Assembly (NCBI GenBank): GCA_051294375.1
Contig: CM119268.1
Span: 22,571,996 to 22,635,995, forward strand
DNA length: 64,000 nt
Reading direction: 5' to 3'
Source of the DNA: Paraspadella gotoi
Lineage: Eukaryota; Animalia; Chaetognatha
The position numbers and the translations under genes were made by a program. Position 1 is the first letter of the stretch. Each line of letters begins with the position of its first letter. The notes beneath the pieces were generated by a model, which was not told where the DNA came from, did no database searches, and worked only from the letters and a program-made list of their open reading frames with translations. Shown here in pieces: positions 27,488-61,442 of the stretch.

Positions 27488-30400
27488 ACCTTTGAACATA
27501 AAGTGGCGAATGTGATGGGGTCCGCCGGCTTCGACGAGCTCCCACTGCGGAGGTCCCCACTTCTTGCGGCTCGCAAGTTCCATTAGAGCCGAGACTGGGA
27601 AAGTACATTATTAAATTATTAATATTAGATTATTAATTTAAAGAAAGACAAAACAAAAAGCGGCGAACGTAATAATAACAAAACGGCCTTCAGTTCGTTA
27701 TGTTGTATTGTAGCAGATTATTTTTAACTTGTACAGTATATTATAAAATAAAATAAAGTTCAACAATCTCATTTGCATATAGTAGAATATGATTAACGTT
27801 TTATGCACTGTCTAAATAAGTTGCTTACTTTTAGGTTTTGCAATGTTGTTCAGTAGTCTAAATGATTGATAAATTAGCGATATTTTGTTAGAATAATTCG
27901 TAGATTTTAACTCCGAATTGCATGAAATCTATTAAATAAATCTCCCCCTCCAAGTACCCGGATGTTTTCCCGACAAATCCTTAGCGGGCGCGATGGCGGC
28001 GGCGACGACGGGCTGCGGCTTTTTCGGTCCTTCCTCTTGACTCATGAGTCCCTTCCTGTCCGTCTTGATGTCGAGGAGCAAAGGCTCCAGCGCCCCCTCG
28101 TTCGTCTTTCCCAGCGCCTGTCCGTCTTTCCACCCCATCTTCTCCAGCAGTCGTCGACCCATCTCGCTCTGCACGGGGGCGGCCATCTTGAACATGTCCT
28201 TCTTGACCCAAGCCTGAAAAGGGGATGAGGGAGATTGATTCTCGGGATGGTGCTAGGGTCACGTTCAATGGTGACATATGATGAATGTGTTTTTTTGGGT
28301 TTTTTTTTTATTACTAACAAAAACGATATTAACACAATTGTTAAAAAAATAAATTAGATTGATAAAATAGATTGATGTCGCTTGTAAGGGTTTGTTGAAC
28401 ATTGAACAGCAGAGACGAATGGTTAGCAACAGAATCTTAAGTCTCACTGTCTTATATTTACGATACGAGAATTTTTATTTTATTTTCTGAAAACAGAGTA
28501 ATTCAAAATAAAATCCGAAGAATTCTAAGATATAACAATAATAAAAAAATATAAATGGTCTAAAAAGTGTTCGTCTTTCACCGCAAAATGCAAATGAGAT
28601 TAAAATTAACATGGAAAGCAGGAGTTTTAATGCGACAGTCCAAAACTCACCTGGTTCCTGGGATCGCCAGTGGGCAGAATATTCTCGGGTCGCTGAACGA
28701 TTCCCGTAGATCCTGTGAACAAACCCGGAGCCTCTTTGCTCTTGGCCCAAGACTGCATCGCGTCCTGAGCACGTTGGACCGTCTTCAACGCTTCCACGTC
28801 CAACGGATTATCCTGCAGAATTTATTCGTGAAGTTTGAAGTTTCCCCTTTTTTAATTACTTTATCTATCACATACTTCCATCAAATGAAAGGTAAGTCAG
28901 CGAACTTACCCGCCCTCCGCCCCAACCCGCACCTGCAACTTCCTCATGGCGTTGAGCCTCTCCGTGACGACGGATCCGATGTCCATCGACTTCACGTCGG
29001 GTTCGGGTTCCTCGAAGACTCGCTCCTCCCGCGGGACGGGCGTCTTGACCCAAGGCATCAGCGCCATCTGCTTCTTCAGGTTCTTCTTATCTTCCTCCAT
29101 CTTGGCTTTTTCTTCCGGCGTCACTTCGTGCCACTCCAGCTCCTTTTGTCGGTGCTGGTTGCCGGAGGAGACGGGAAAGACTGAAGGGGAATGGGGAAGG
29201 GGAAGGGAAGAAGGGTAAGAAAAAGGTAAAGAAGAATAACAGAGTGAAACATCACGCATTTTGGCAGAGTGGACATATTAAGTTCGTAAGATCATTTAAA
29301 GAACACACGACGCTGTCAGATTGAATAGAGTTATCTTTAGCTCAACAAATAAATGTTATGCATCAGTAAACAAAGTCTTGAGATGATAATATTCACAGAG
29401 TTGTCTCCATCAAAAATGTTGCAGTGAAATTAAATCCCTCACCAACTTAAAAGCACTGAGCCTCTGATAGTAGAGCTAATCCCTAAATCCCTAACCTATT
29501 ACGAAGAACTAATCCTACCGATTGTCGAAGTAAACAAAGTAAATTCTTACCCCACGATGGAGACAATTCTGCAAAGAAGCTCATCTAAGACTCATTGATT
29601 ACAAAGAAATATAATTCCCTCATCAACAATAAACGGGACTGACCCTGTCTCAATTTCTCCGCGGACTGAATCGTCCGCTCCTCGTGCGGTTTCGCCGGAA
29701 GTTGCGTGGCGTTGCGGATGTTGAGGGTGATGGTGGTCGTGGGATTCTTGAGGGCGAAGGGATGATGGATGGCGGCGCCGGTGTTGGGATTGAGAGACTC
29801 TTCCTCCTCGTCCGTCCTCATCCTATTCCCGACGTCTTCGTCGGAATCCGAGTCGCCGGCTTTCTTCTCCTTCTCAGAAATCTTCTTGCAAAACTGGGTC
29901 AGTTGGACGAGGTCTTTGCCGCCCGCTTTGAGGGACGCCTCCTCTTCGCGGGTCAGGTTGGGAATGGCCACGCCCGGAGGGAGGACTCCGGCCTGAAAGG
30001 GATGGTGGGAAAATAAGAGAGAGAGAGAGATTGAGTCCAGTTTTTTTCCCGCAATCAAAATGCTTGGTCCAAACCTGCATGGCGCGAAGGGCGTTGGCGC
30101 GAGCGATTTCCAACAGTTTCGCCTTGTCGATCTTCAACTGCGGCGAGCGACTTCGAGGACGCGACCGGGGTTTGCGGGGATCGTCTCGAGAGGCGGATCG
30201 GGATCTAAAAGATGAGAGGGTAAGGGATGGAAAGTTTTGGAAAAAGGGACTCAAGTTTCTCATGTTAATGCGAGAAAATCCGGTTGTATTACTATGTACA
30301 TTATTATTGTGGAAGGAATAACCAACCCGAGATTGTCCAAATACACGAGTAATATAGCTTTTTATTGAATAAATGGATAATTTTTATATTGGTTATGGTA

Positions 30401-32380
30401 ATATTACACGCCTTCTAGTAAATTAATTAACGTTAACCATATTAAATCCTTTAATTCATCTCCCTTCCTTACCTTGATCTCCTCTCGTAATCGTATCTTC
30501 CCTTCCTTCCTCCACGCGACGAGGACGGCGGACCCCATCGCTGGTACGAATACCAATCTTCGTAATAGTAACCCCGCCGTCCGCCTCTACCGCCTCTGCC
30601 GCCGCCGCCGCCGCCGCGATAATCGCCGCTCCACCGCTCCTCGCCGTAACGACGCCGCTCGTCTTCGCGAGGTCGTCGTCGTCGTCCTTCCTCGTCGTCA
30701 TAATTGTCATCGTGGTCGTCGTCTCGTCGTTTCTTCCTCTTCGCCGGTGGAGGGCTCTGAGAGCGAGGAGGGGAAGTGGAAGAGTAGGAAGAAGAAGAAT
30801 CTAGAGACGAGGATCGACGAGTCTCCTTCCTCTTTTTCTTCTTCTTTTCTTTTTTCTTCTTCTCTTCCTCTTCCTTCTTCTTCTTTTTCTTCTTCTTCTT
30901 CTTCTCGTCGAGGATGTCGAGGGAGCATTCTCCGGCGAGCATGGCCTCGATCTCCGTCATGCTGATGTCCGAGTCGCTCGAGGAATCGTCGGTGTAGTTG
31001 ACGAGGAGATCCTTGAAGCTTCCGAATTTTCCGAAGCCTGAGGAAGAGGCTTCCGTCTCCTTCTCCTTTTTCGTCTTCTCTTCATTCTCTTTGTCCTCTC
31101 TCTTCTTCTCTTTCTTTTCTTTCTTCTCCTTCTTATTCTTCTTCTTTTCCTTCTCTTTCTCTTCTGAAGGCGAATCTTCCCTCTCCTTCTCCTCCTCTTC
31201 CTCCTTCTCCAACAGATTCATCTTCTGCACGATGAAGTCGCGGAACATGTCGTCGACGTCCCGCGCCTCTGACTCTTTATCCCGACTGCTCGATCGCTCC
31301 TTTTCCCCGCTCCTCTCCTGTTCCTTTCGCTCCTCTTCACGCTTTTCCCGGCGCTCTTTTTCGCGCTTCAAGCGGCGTTCATCCTTGGCCGCGGTGTCTC
31401 CGTCGGCGTCGACGGAAGTCTCCTTCGTCTCGACCATTTTCTTGTACTGCTTCATCTTTATCTCCAGGCGCATGCGCAGGAGCTTTTCCGTTTCCTATAC
31501 AAGTAAAGCAAGAACACATTTTATTAACAGAAATATAACTTATATAATTTATGAACTTGTGGCAGCAAGACTTAAAGCTGCCTCACTGCTGTCCGTCCTC
31601 AGCCTCGTCTCAATGGCTGAGCAGGCTAAATCATCTCATTCCATCCGTGCGTCCCGGGTTCAATCCCTGGGTATCCCGGTTCTGGCTTAAATGTGACGGT
31701 GCCGGTATAAACATGCCAGTGACAGGAGGCGGTCACTGAGGGTCCGCAGCCCCTACGCCAGTTGGTGAGATACCCCGCGCCCCGGGTATCACAGGCTATC
31801 CTCCCGTTGCCATAAACTCATAAAGGAGATCTTAATATTTTCTACCCGCCCGGCCCTTTAATTTAGGAAAATATTTGCGCAGTTATTTTTCATGCCCTAA
31901 GTATTAGGTATAGATTTATACATCGATATTCAAATCTCACCTAAATTTACCAGACCAAGTAAAATTTTATGACGAAGTTTATTTTTCACGAAGGCTCGCA
32001 TAACAAAAGGAGAAAACTGAACGTTCTCAATAAAAGCGTTGTTTGTGAACAAAAGTGAACAGTTTATCTAGATTCGTCAACCCACCCCAACTCCCCCTCA
32101 ACACCCCTCCAACCTGATTCGCCTCCAATTCCTTCATCCTTTCCTCGGCGACGCCTTCTTCGCCTCCATCGACGACGCCGTTAACTTCCTCCAACGCCGC
32201 CTTTGGAATCGGCGCCTCTCTCTCCGCCTCCTTCGACTTCTTTCGTTTCTTGTGATGATGATGATGATGATGATGACGCCGTGATTTGTCGTCGTCGTCT
32301 TTAGCGTCGCGTTTGTCCTTCTTTCGCTTCTTGTGCTTCTCCTTTAGCGGCGGAGAGGCGTGGCCCTCCGAGGTCACCAT
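27154..32380 (-). CDS. SON: SON splicing cofactor (RS-rich region, G-patch, dsRBD)
   Basis: IDKAKLLEIARANA; NPLDVEAL..GLFTGSTG; G-patch MGRRLLEKMGWKDGQALGKTNEGALEPLLLDIKTDRKGL; KDLSGKHP; dsRBD end KKHAKSLAATVCLQ/AMGLLPRDAVVPDA*. Confidence 0.94.
29396..29571. mobile_element. Small MITE-like element in a SON intron
   Basis: Terminal inverted repeats cagagttgtctccatc / gatggagacaattctg; internal ccctaa repeats; no TSD visible. Confidence 0.5.
31557..31817. mobile_element. Structured dispersed repeat (SINE-like); related copies at ~39500-39575 and, inverted, ~51191-51296
   Basis: Shared blocks gcaagacttaaagctgc.tcactgctgtccgtcctcagc, ctcaatggctgagca, ccagttggtgaga..cgccccgggtatcaca and cctcccgttgccataaa; B-box-like gggttcaatccc. 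Confidence 0.75.
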
Positions 32381-32808
32381 GGTAACGGGAGGTTGGATAT
32401 CTACTTTTAAGCGCTAGATTTTTATTGAATATTTTGTCCTTTCGTAAACACGTACAAACGAATCTGAAAAAAGAAAAAGAATCAGTTAAGTACAGTAAAG
32501 TCGCAAATCAAAAAAAAAAGAATAAGATATACGAACGCATCGACACACAGATTTAATTAGAAATACGATGATGAGAAAAATCAATTAAATCAATAACAGG
32601 AAAACAACAGGAGAAAAAAAAATTATTTTTATGAGAATTCGGAACATTTGTGTCTCGGAAATTTGCGTGTAAAATTTGGCATCAGGATTTTTTTTTTTAA
32701 AAGTCGAAATAACAAAAAAAAATGGGGGGAGGGGGCCGAGGGAGGATAAGAGATTTGGCATCGCAGATACGTCGGGGGCGAAGAGAACATATTTTAGTAG
32801 TTCTTATT

Positions 32809-48887
<16,079 letters not shown>

Positions 48888-49278
48888 GGCGGAGAAGCCG
48901 TCACCGGGCGACGTCGCGCCGTCTCCGGAAGATCATTACGAGCGCGATCACTGCGTTCGAATCACAGAGCGCCATCTTTCACCTCTCTGTATTCAGAGAG
49001 AGAGCACTGTAAAAAAGAAAATTTAACAAAATCCAACAACTTCGCGCCTTTTCTTTTTCTTTTTTTTTATTTTTTATTTAAATACTACATTGCGTCTAAT
49101 ATTCGATGACCTAAAAATAACTCGAGCCTAAAACGAGGGGAAAAAATATCACAAGAGAATCGTCTGAAGACGATTCCATTCCAAAACAAAATGACATCGC
49201 GTGTCTTTTTCTTTTTATCCGATCGATCTTTGAGTCTTTCTTCGCCGACATCAATCTCTCCCCATTTCCATTTCAATT

Positions 49279-52200
49279 TCAAGTGGATTTCGTTGTCTCT
49301 TGAGCCTCGAACTTTGGATATTTGGCCTCCACCTCCGCCCAACTCATCTTCCCGTCCGCCAACCTCTGTAATTAAAAGTCATATTTTTATTTAAGAGAGA
49401 GAGATGATAAATAAACAAACATATAACATTCCCTCCCCTTCCTCCTCTCCTCGACCTGCACGACCCCGGGAATCTCTTCCAACGGCATCCTGACTTGCGC
49501 CATCGAGTCGCGCTCCCTCAGCGTGGCAGTGGGCGGTGCCCGGTTGACCGTGTCAAAGTCGACGGTGACGCCGAAAGGGATGGCGATGCCGTCCGTGCGG
49601 GCGTAGCGCCGACCGATGGAACCGGAAGAGTCGTCCACCCGATGGGAGACGCCGAGTGAGGTGAGGGAAGTGGATAAGGACTGGGAGAAGAGGGAAGAAG
49701 GAAAGTTAAAATTAATGGTAAGTTCGAAACTCAACTTTTAACTTTGACATTCATGTATTTGTCAAGTTACTTAATTTGAAACGCAACAACAACTTGAAAC
49801 CAAAAAAATTTGATCCTTTTTTTCATTTATGTAGAACACGAAAATAATATGAAAAATTTGCGTACATGTTTATTTATAAATTTGTTTATTCTCTCTTACC
49901 TGCACGAACGGCGTGAACTCTGGTTTATCCGAGAGCGGAAGCACGGAACACTTGTAAGGAGCAATGATGGCGGGAAGGGAGAAGAAGGACCTTTGCTCGT
50001 CTCCGTCGCGGACACGGAAGTTGTGCTCGAAAACGGCGTACATGATGCGGCCGACGCCGAAGGAAGGTTCGATAACCGACGGCACCACCTCCTCCACGTG
50101 AACCTTCTTCCTCTCCCGCTTCACCGCCACCATCTCCGAGGTGATTCGGACGGAGCCTGATTGATTGAAGGGAGGGAGAGAGAGAGAGAGAGAGAGAATC
50201 GGGTGAGCGGTCAAGTTCTTTGTTATTCGATAGTTTTGTGAGTCTCACATTTAAAACTATTCACTCACTCGATCACTCAATCATCCTTACCGGAAAGCGG
50301 CGTCGCTACTTCCACCGCCGCCGCGGCGCCTTCCGTCTTCTCCGCCAGTTTCCTCTCCTTGACTCCGACTCCCTTCAAGCCGGATACCTCCTCCAAAGCC
50401 GCGACCACCAGCGGCAGCTTCTCCGCGTCCGTCTTCGCAGCGCCGGGAAGCGCTTCCCGCCCTTCTTTGCCGAAGGAGAAGATGTGGGCGAACCATCGAT
50501 GAAGATGAGGATAAAACTCTTTGGACGGCGGAGATCCTCTGGACAAGCGGTTCCACAGGCAGAGGTCGTCCTGCGTCGGCGCGTGACCCTCAACGTAGCT
50601 GTTGGCTGCGAAATGAGCGTCGATTACGCGACGAACCGACGCCGAATCTATCGTCGGAGCCTCCAGGGGATCGTCCACCGGCGCCGGTCGAGACGGAGTC
50701 GGCGCAGTCTCCGGCGGCGCTACAGATCCTTCGCCGATCGAGAGAGCGAACCATCCTTGAGACTCCAACTGCTTCTCGATGACGGGAATGTCCTTCGCCT
50801 CCAAGAGAGCTAAAGCGTCCATGACGATCTTGGCCTCCTTCTTGAAGGCCTTCCCCAGCGCCGCCTTGTTCTGCGTCAGTTTGACGACGTCTTCGAGACG
50901 CGGGTCGGCCAATTTCTTCTCGGCGACCAGTTTGACGCCGGTGGCGCGGGAGTGCTGAGTGAGATCGAAGGCGGCGCGATCGGCGCACCCTACCGTCTCC
51001 ACCCAACCGTAGGTCGTTTTCACCTCAGCGTCCCAACAGTCGGCGGCGTAGTGGGCCATCTCGTTGGACATGTGCTGACGGAAGCGGACGCGGTCGGGGG
51101 ACACGCCCACCTGGGAAAAAGAGGAGGAAAAGGAAATATAAACAAACAACATATGAAATTGGTACATGACGGCAAATTCTAAAACCATCTATTTATGGCA
51201 ACGGGAGGAATGCCTGTGGGACGCACGGTTGTAACGAGATGATTTAGCCTGCTGAGGACGGACAGCAGTGATGCAGCTTTAAGTCTTGCGACAACACATT
51301 CATTAAATAAACTTGACATTCCCCTTTGGTTCTGGGCCTTTTCATCGTCCTTTGCAGTCAGCGCCCTCACCTTGACGAGGAACTGGAATATCCTCCCGAT
51401 GAAATATCCCAGCGTCTGATTGGCGATGAGACCGGAGTCGACGGCCGACTTGAGGGAAACTTGCTGGATGCCTTCACCGTCCATCTGAGCGCAGGCGGAG
51501 AAGAGCGGGAGGACGAGATCCTCCACTTGGTGGAACTTGGGATGGAAGGCTTTGGCGAGGGGGTCGACGAAATGCTCGATCTCCGCCATGGTGAACTCGC
51601 GGACGCGGATGAGGCCGGAACGAGGGGCGATCTCGTTGCGGAAGCTGAAGGGAAAATCAGTCAGTTAGGGAAATTCAACTCACCATAACTATTAGGGTTC
51701 TCACACACCTGCAGCCAATCTGCGCCGCGGCAAAAGGCAGCTTTCCGTTGTTAAACTCCAGGAGCCTCTTAAAATTGACGAACATGCCCTGCGCCGTCTC
51801 GGGCCGAAGAAAGCCCTTGGCCAGCCCCGTGGGTCCGATCGAGGTGGAGAACATGAGATTGAAGGCGACGCATTCGGAGACGGCGTTGCCCGTCGTCGGC
51901 GAAGTCATCTTGAAGCGGGCGATGATGTCGTCCATGTGGACGCCGCTCAAATCGTCGAGCCGAGCGAGGATCGTCTTGGCTTCGTTCCTGAGGATAAGGA
52001 TTTAATTGAATTTCGTACTAGAATTCTAAATATTTAGATATTTCAAGAGAGATAATTCAATTAATGCATTAATAAGTTGGCTTGTAAATCTACCATCTTC
52101 TTTCTTCATTTCAATTTTGAGAGACGGAAAGAGGGAGAAATAGTGGAATGAAAGATCTAAGAGATGATTATTTAATATGATATTAAATGAGATTGAATTT

Positions 52201-53860
52201 CTCAATATCATTTACATATTGTGGTATTAAATGTAAATGTATCCATTTTCATTTTGGATTTCAATATTAGTTCTGTTTTTCGGATACAGAATAGAGATCT
52301 TTCATTAACTAGTCTCTGAGGCAAATACCTCTGGACGCAAAGTTAATTTAAGGGTTGTCTCTATATTTATAGAAGTCCTTCGAAAATCTGCAATATGTAA
52401 ATGAGAATAAAGACTTTCAAAATAAACTCCTTCACCTATTTTCGTCCGTTGACTTTTTATCGACGAGCAACTTCTGCAGATGATCCTTGATGAGATGATC
52501 GGCGCGGAAGCACTCGCCCGTCTTGACGTCCTTAACCATGAAATCGGCGAAGCGGTCCACGTGACCCGAAGCCTTGAGGACCTGTTCCGGCGTTAGCATG
52601 GAGCACTCCACCTCCAGCATGTGCTCCTCGAGGACGAAGTGACGACGCCATTCGGCCAGGAGGTTCGCCTGAGCGAAGATCGGAATAGAATTATTGGGAC
52701 GAGTAGAAGTGAGAGTTTGACTTTTGATCGCATCACAATCAAAAATTGACACTCATGAAAATAACACAGAATTGTCAGCTTGTCAGCTTATCCCACTGCT
52801 TACATTTCAAAGTTTGGCAGAAATAAGCAAAAGCTCATCATAGTAACGATGTATTTTACGACTGATTAAAACGATTTTTTTTATAGGTTCTTGAAAAATT
52901 CGATCGTGGAGCTTAATTCAAAAATGTTGATTTCCTCGCTGAAAAACATCACGGGGCGAGCAAACTCAAAGCCAATTCCTTCTACGTCCCTTTGCAAGCT
53001 AAGAAGCTCGTTGATATATATTAAAAACTATTTTTTTTACGCTTATTTGACTTCATTTAAAAAATAGTCTATACGGCAACATGTAAATGAGATTAACGGA
53101 TTCACAAGATCGTTAAAGATCTCATAAAATGTCATATTCACAAGTCACCAACTTCTTAAACTTTGCACCAATAAAGGGCTAGCCCTACCATCACCATCAG
53201 CAGCCAACAAACCTTCATGGCGCACCCCATGGGTCCGAAGTCGTACAGTCCGCTGACTCCTCCATAGATGGCGAATGACTGATCGTAGAAGAATCTCTGT
53301 TTGAGGAGATCCTCCATCTTGAGTCGATCAATCGTCTCCTCCTTCGGCGTCAACTCTAACTCTTTCTCCTCCAACGCCTTCTTCCTCGCCTTCAACTCGG
53401 CCACGGCCTTCTTCAAGTCCATCTCGTTATCGCCCACTTCCTTCAGCCGGCGCACCAGGTCGCCCTGCTCCTTGACCCGGGCGCGGAACGGCGCCAACTG
53501 AGCCTCCATGGCGACGACGAAGGAATCGGAGAGTTCGGAGCGATCCACGGGCTGCAGGAAGCGACCCTCGGCGGTCAACGAGTATCTGGCGGAGAGAGCG
53601 GTTCTCTTGCGCGAGAATTTCCCGCTCGTCCAAACTGGGGTGGCGGTGGAGGGTTGAGTGGTGGCGGGGGAAGATGTTTCGTCGGGACTCGACGGAAATG
53701 TTTGAGGCGATGACGAACTCGAGCGAAGAGTTAAGATCGAAGCCGCTTGTCTTTTGTTAACGAATTGACCGACCGTTAGAGGCGCGAAGTCGCCGGAACC
53801 GAATCGAGTACAGATCCTACCGAAAACCGAAATCCTTAATACAGAGACGAGACGAACCAT
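49279..53860 (-). CDS. GARS1: Glycyl-tRNA synthetase (mitochondrial/cytosolic, WHEP domain) with an extra inserted domain
   Basis: Presequence-like region from ATG 53860; [17 protein letters not shown]; [25 protein letters not shown]; [11 protein letters not shown]; [11 protein letters not shown]; [13 protein letters not shown]; [15 protein letters not shown]; ends [13 protein letters not shown]. Confidence 0.97.
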
Positions 53861-54100
53861 AATCTCGTCTCGCGACACATGAGCGGTCGGACTGCGGCGA
53901 GATCACGAGATCACGAGTATAAATAAAATTAAATTCGGATGTGAATATAACATTTTCGATTGACATTCGAACAAACGCGAGCTATCGAGTTTCGCAACCT
54001 TAACGTTCACGTTAAATTAATAACGACGCAGATAATGTATAAAAATGTATTTCATTTAAGAAACAAGATTTAACAAGAAAAATATAAACTTAACGATCTA

Positions 54101-55204
54101 CTAATTCTCCCCGAAATCGTCAACCTCCAACGCGATTCCCTCTCGATCCACCGCGTCGTCCAAATCGTCGTCGTCGTCTTTTTTCTCTCGATATTCGACG
54201 AAGCTTCCTTCGATGTGGCTCGACTTAAAGGTCGCTCCTAGTCGCGCCGGCGCCGACACATCCTCCAGTCGCAGCCAGGGTCTTTCGGGAACGTCCACCG
54301 ACGCGGCGCCAACGCCCGACGCGCCTTTGAACCTCTCGGCGAGTCGAGAGACGGCGTCGGCGACGACACGATTGTCTCTCGACGCCTTCAGCTTCTTCTG
54401 CAGCTCGAGCGACTCGGCGAGGGAGACCAGCGCCGTCGTCCGATCGGAAGTCGACGGCGGATGAAGACAGTCTTCGGGAGGTGTGAGCGAAGACTCGCGA
54501 GAGGCGGGGCGGGCGGCGGCGAGGCGGACGATGGCTTCCGGTTTAGGGAGAACTTTGGGATCGGTAGATTTAAGAGGCACGTTGGGTTTGAAGCGGACCG
54601 TCGACGGCGCGAGTTGGCGTGTCTCCGCGAAGATCTCGCGCAAGACGTTGCGTCGCTCGTCGACGTCGTCATCGGGCAACGCCGCGGCGGCGGGCGGCGA
54701 GGATTTGGCGGCGACTCGATCCGCTTTGAATTTCGAGACGCGGACGATGGGTTTGGCGAAGTCGGTGTTTGTTCGAGAATCAGCGATTCTAATCGGTTCC
54801 CGCGATCCGTCACTACCTTCCGCTGGTCGCAGTCTTTCGACAATGTCTACGTCTCCCATCAGAGTTCTTTTCTCACCAGACTCTCGAGTCTTAGTTCCAC
54901 TTTCATCGTTAACCGACTTTTTCGTGTCGACCTCCATCGGCGAGACCATAACGCGACTCGAGAATGCCCTCGACAAAGCCTCGACGCCGTTGTTGTCTCC
55001 GTCGTCAAGGGCAACGCCTTTCTTTCTCGCGATTCGCTCCTTCAACGAAGACGCGAACCTAGAGACTTTCTCGCCGCCGTCGGGCAGAGTCCGCACCAAG
55101 TTGCTGTTATTGAGGATGTTCTCTTGTCTCCGTAGCAAGTACTCCAGCTGCTGGAGTGGGGCGGAGTCGAGGTCCTCTAGTTTTCCCTGCTTTTCGTTGT
55201 ACAT
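54101..55204 (-). CDS. POLR2M: RNA polymerase II subunit GRINL1A/Gdown1, uninterrupted CDS
   Basis: LEYLLRRQENILNNSNLVRTLPDGGEKV (LPDxG motif); C-terminal LVSLAESLELQKK..RLAERF..VEYRE followed by an acidic tail. Confidence 0.82.
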   Translation of the reverse strand: MYNEKQGKLEDLDSAPLQQLEYLLRRQENILNNSNLVRTLPDGGEKVSRFASSLKERIARKKGVALDDGDNNGVEALSRAFSSRVMVSPMEVDTKKSVNDESGTKTRESGEKRTLMGDVDIVERLRPAEGSDGSREPIRIADSRTNTDFAKPIVRVSKFKADRVAAKSSPPAAAALPDDDVDERRNVLREIFAETRQLAPSTVRFKPNVPLKSTDPKVLPKPEAIVRLAAARPASRESSLTPPEDCLHPPSTSDRTTALVSLAESLELQKKLKASRDNRVVADAVSRLAERFKGASGVGAASVDVPERPWLRLEDVSAPARLGATFKSSHIEGSFVEYREKKDDDDDLDDAVDREGIALEVDDFGEN

Positions 55205-55674
55205 TGTTCTTTTGTTTGTTTGTTTTTTTTAAAAACTTGGTCTAGGAATGAAATTGAAAAAGTTTTTCGACTCGATTCATCTGTAATTTGGGGAAAACAT
55301 ATTTCGGTTTCCTCGAGCTAACGAAATTTAATTTATATAAAGACTCCTCGCTCGCAAGTGTAAATCGTTTTCGGTGCTTTAAAGGCAATTAACTCGAAGG
55401 TGTAAAACGGGATAATCTGATATAAAATATATAAATATTCGGGAAAAAATTGTGTAAATCAAAGACACAAGTCAACGGTTTTTTTTTCTTTTAGCTTTAC
55501 TTGTTCCGAACGGTACAACGAATTTATTTATTTTGTACAAATTGATTAGAATCCAAAAGGCGTTTGTAATTCAGTTTAATTTAGATACAAAGTACAAAAA
55601 AAGGTGAAAAGAAGGCCACAGCGGATCGATCACGTTCAGTCGGAAATATGATATCAATCAATATCACGATAATC

Positions 55675-55798
<124 letters not shown>

Positions 55799-56685
55799 AG
55801 CATAAAAGGTTCACAAACCTACGGGTTCCCGAAAGACAGAAAGGGGACTTTTTTATGCGCTCGTTGTTTGTGTTAGGCTGGATGGTATTCATGCTCGAGT
55901 ACGAATTAAAACTATGATAATTAACGAGGACAGACGGAACGAATAACTCAAGAAAAAAGAGAGATAGAAAAAAAGTAAGCGAAAGAAACGACTAAACCAG
56001 AGAAATAATACATTAAGGCAATTTGTCACACTAACAAATTAAAAAGAAGAATAAAAGAGAGAAAAACCATTACGACTTTTTTTCTGTCCCAACGTTAGAA
56101 GTCGATTTATGCCAAGTAAAGAACAGGCAGTGCACGAAAAAAAAAGGGGGGGTGGACAAATAACTGTCTTTGAAACTACATTGACAAGTTTTGTCATTTT
56201 TTTTTCTCTTAGAAAATGGGAGGGGAAAGGAGAGAAAATATTTAAATTATGTTTATACATTCCTCTCCTTCTGACGTCGTGCCGAATTAGTTCGAGCGGC
56301 CTAAAGGGGAATAGGGAAGGAGAGTTATATTTCTATATTCCCTTTCTAGTTTATTCTAATGATTTTTATTTATAATTTAATAAAGTCGCTAACGTTCAAA
56401 CAACTAGTACAACTATCACTTTATCAACATCTTTTTATTTTAGATAATAATGCATTTTTTAATAATTGAAAAGTCGGTGAATCAGTTTAGAGTCGAAGAT
56501 GACGGAAAAAAATTTTTTTCTCGCTCAAACTCGATTGGATTTCTTCGATCAAACATGTTTTTTCTTTAAAAACATCAAATATTTTCTTCGGCGACGCATG
56601 ATTTTCACGTGACGATCACGTGATTTCAACGAGATCGTCTCTCGATCGATCTCCGCCTCCCAACTCTTCCACCCCCCCGTTCGAA

Positions 56686-61442
<4,757 letters not shown>

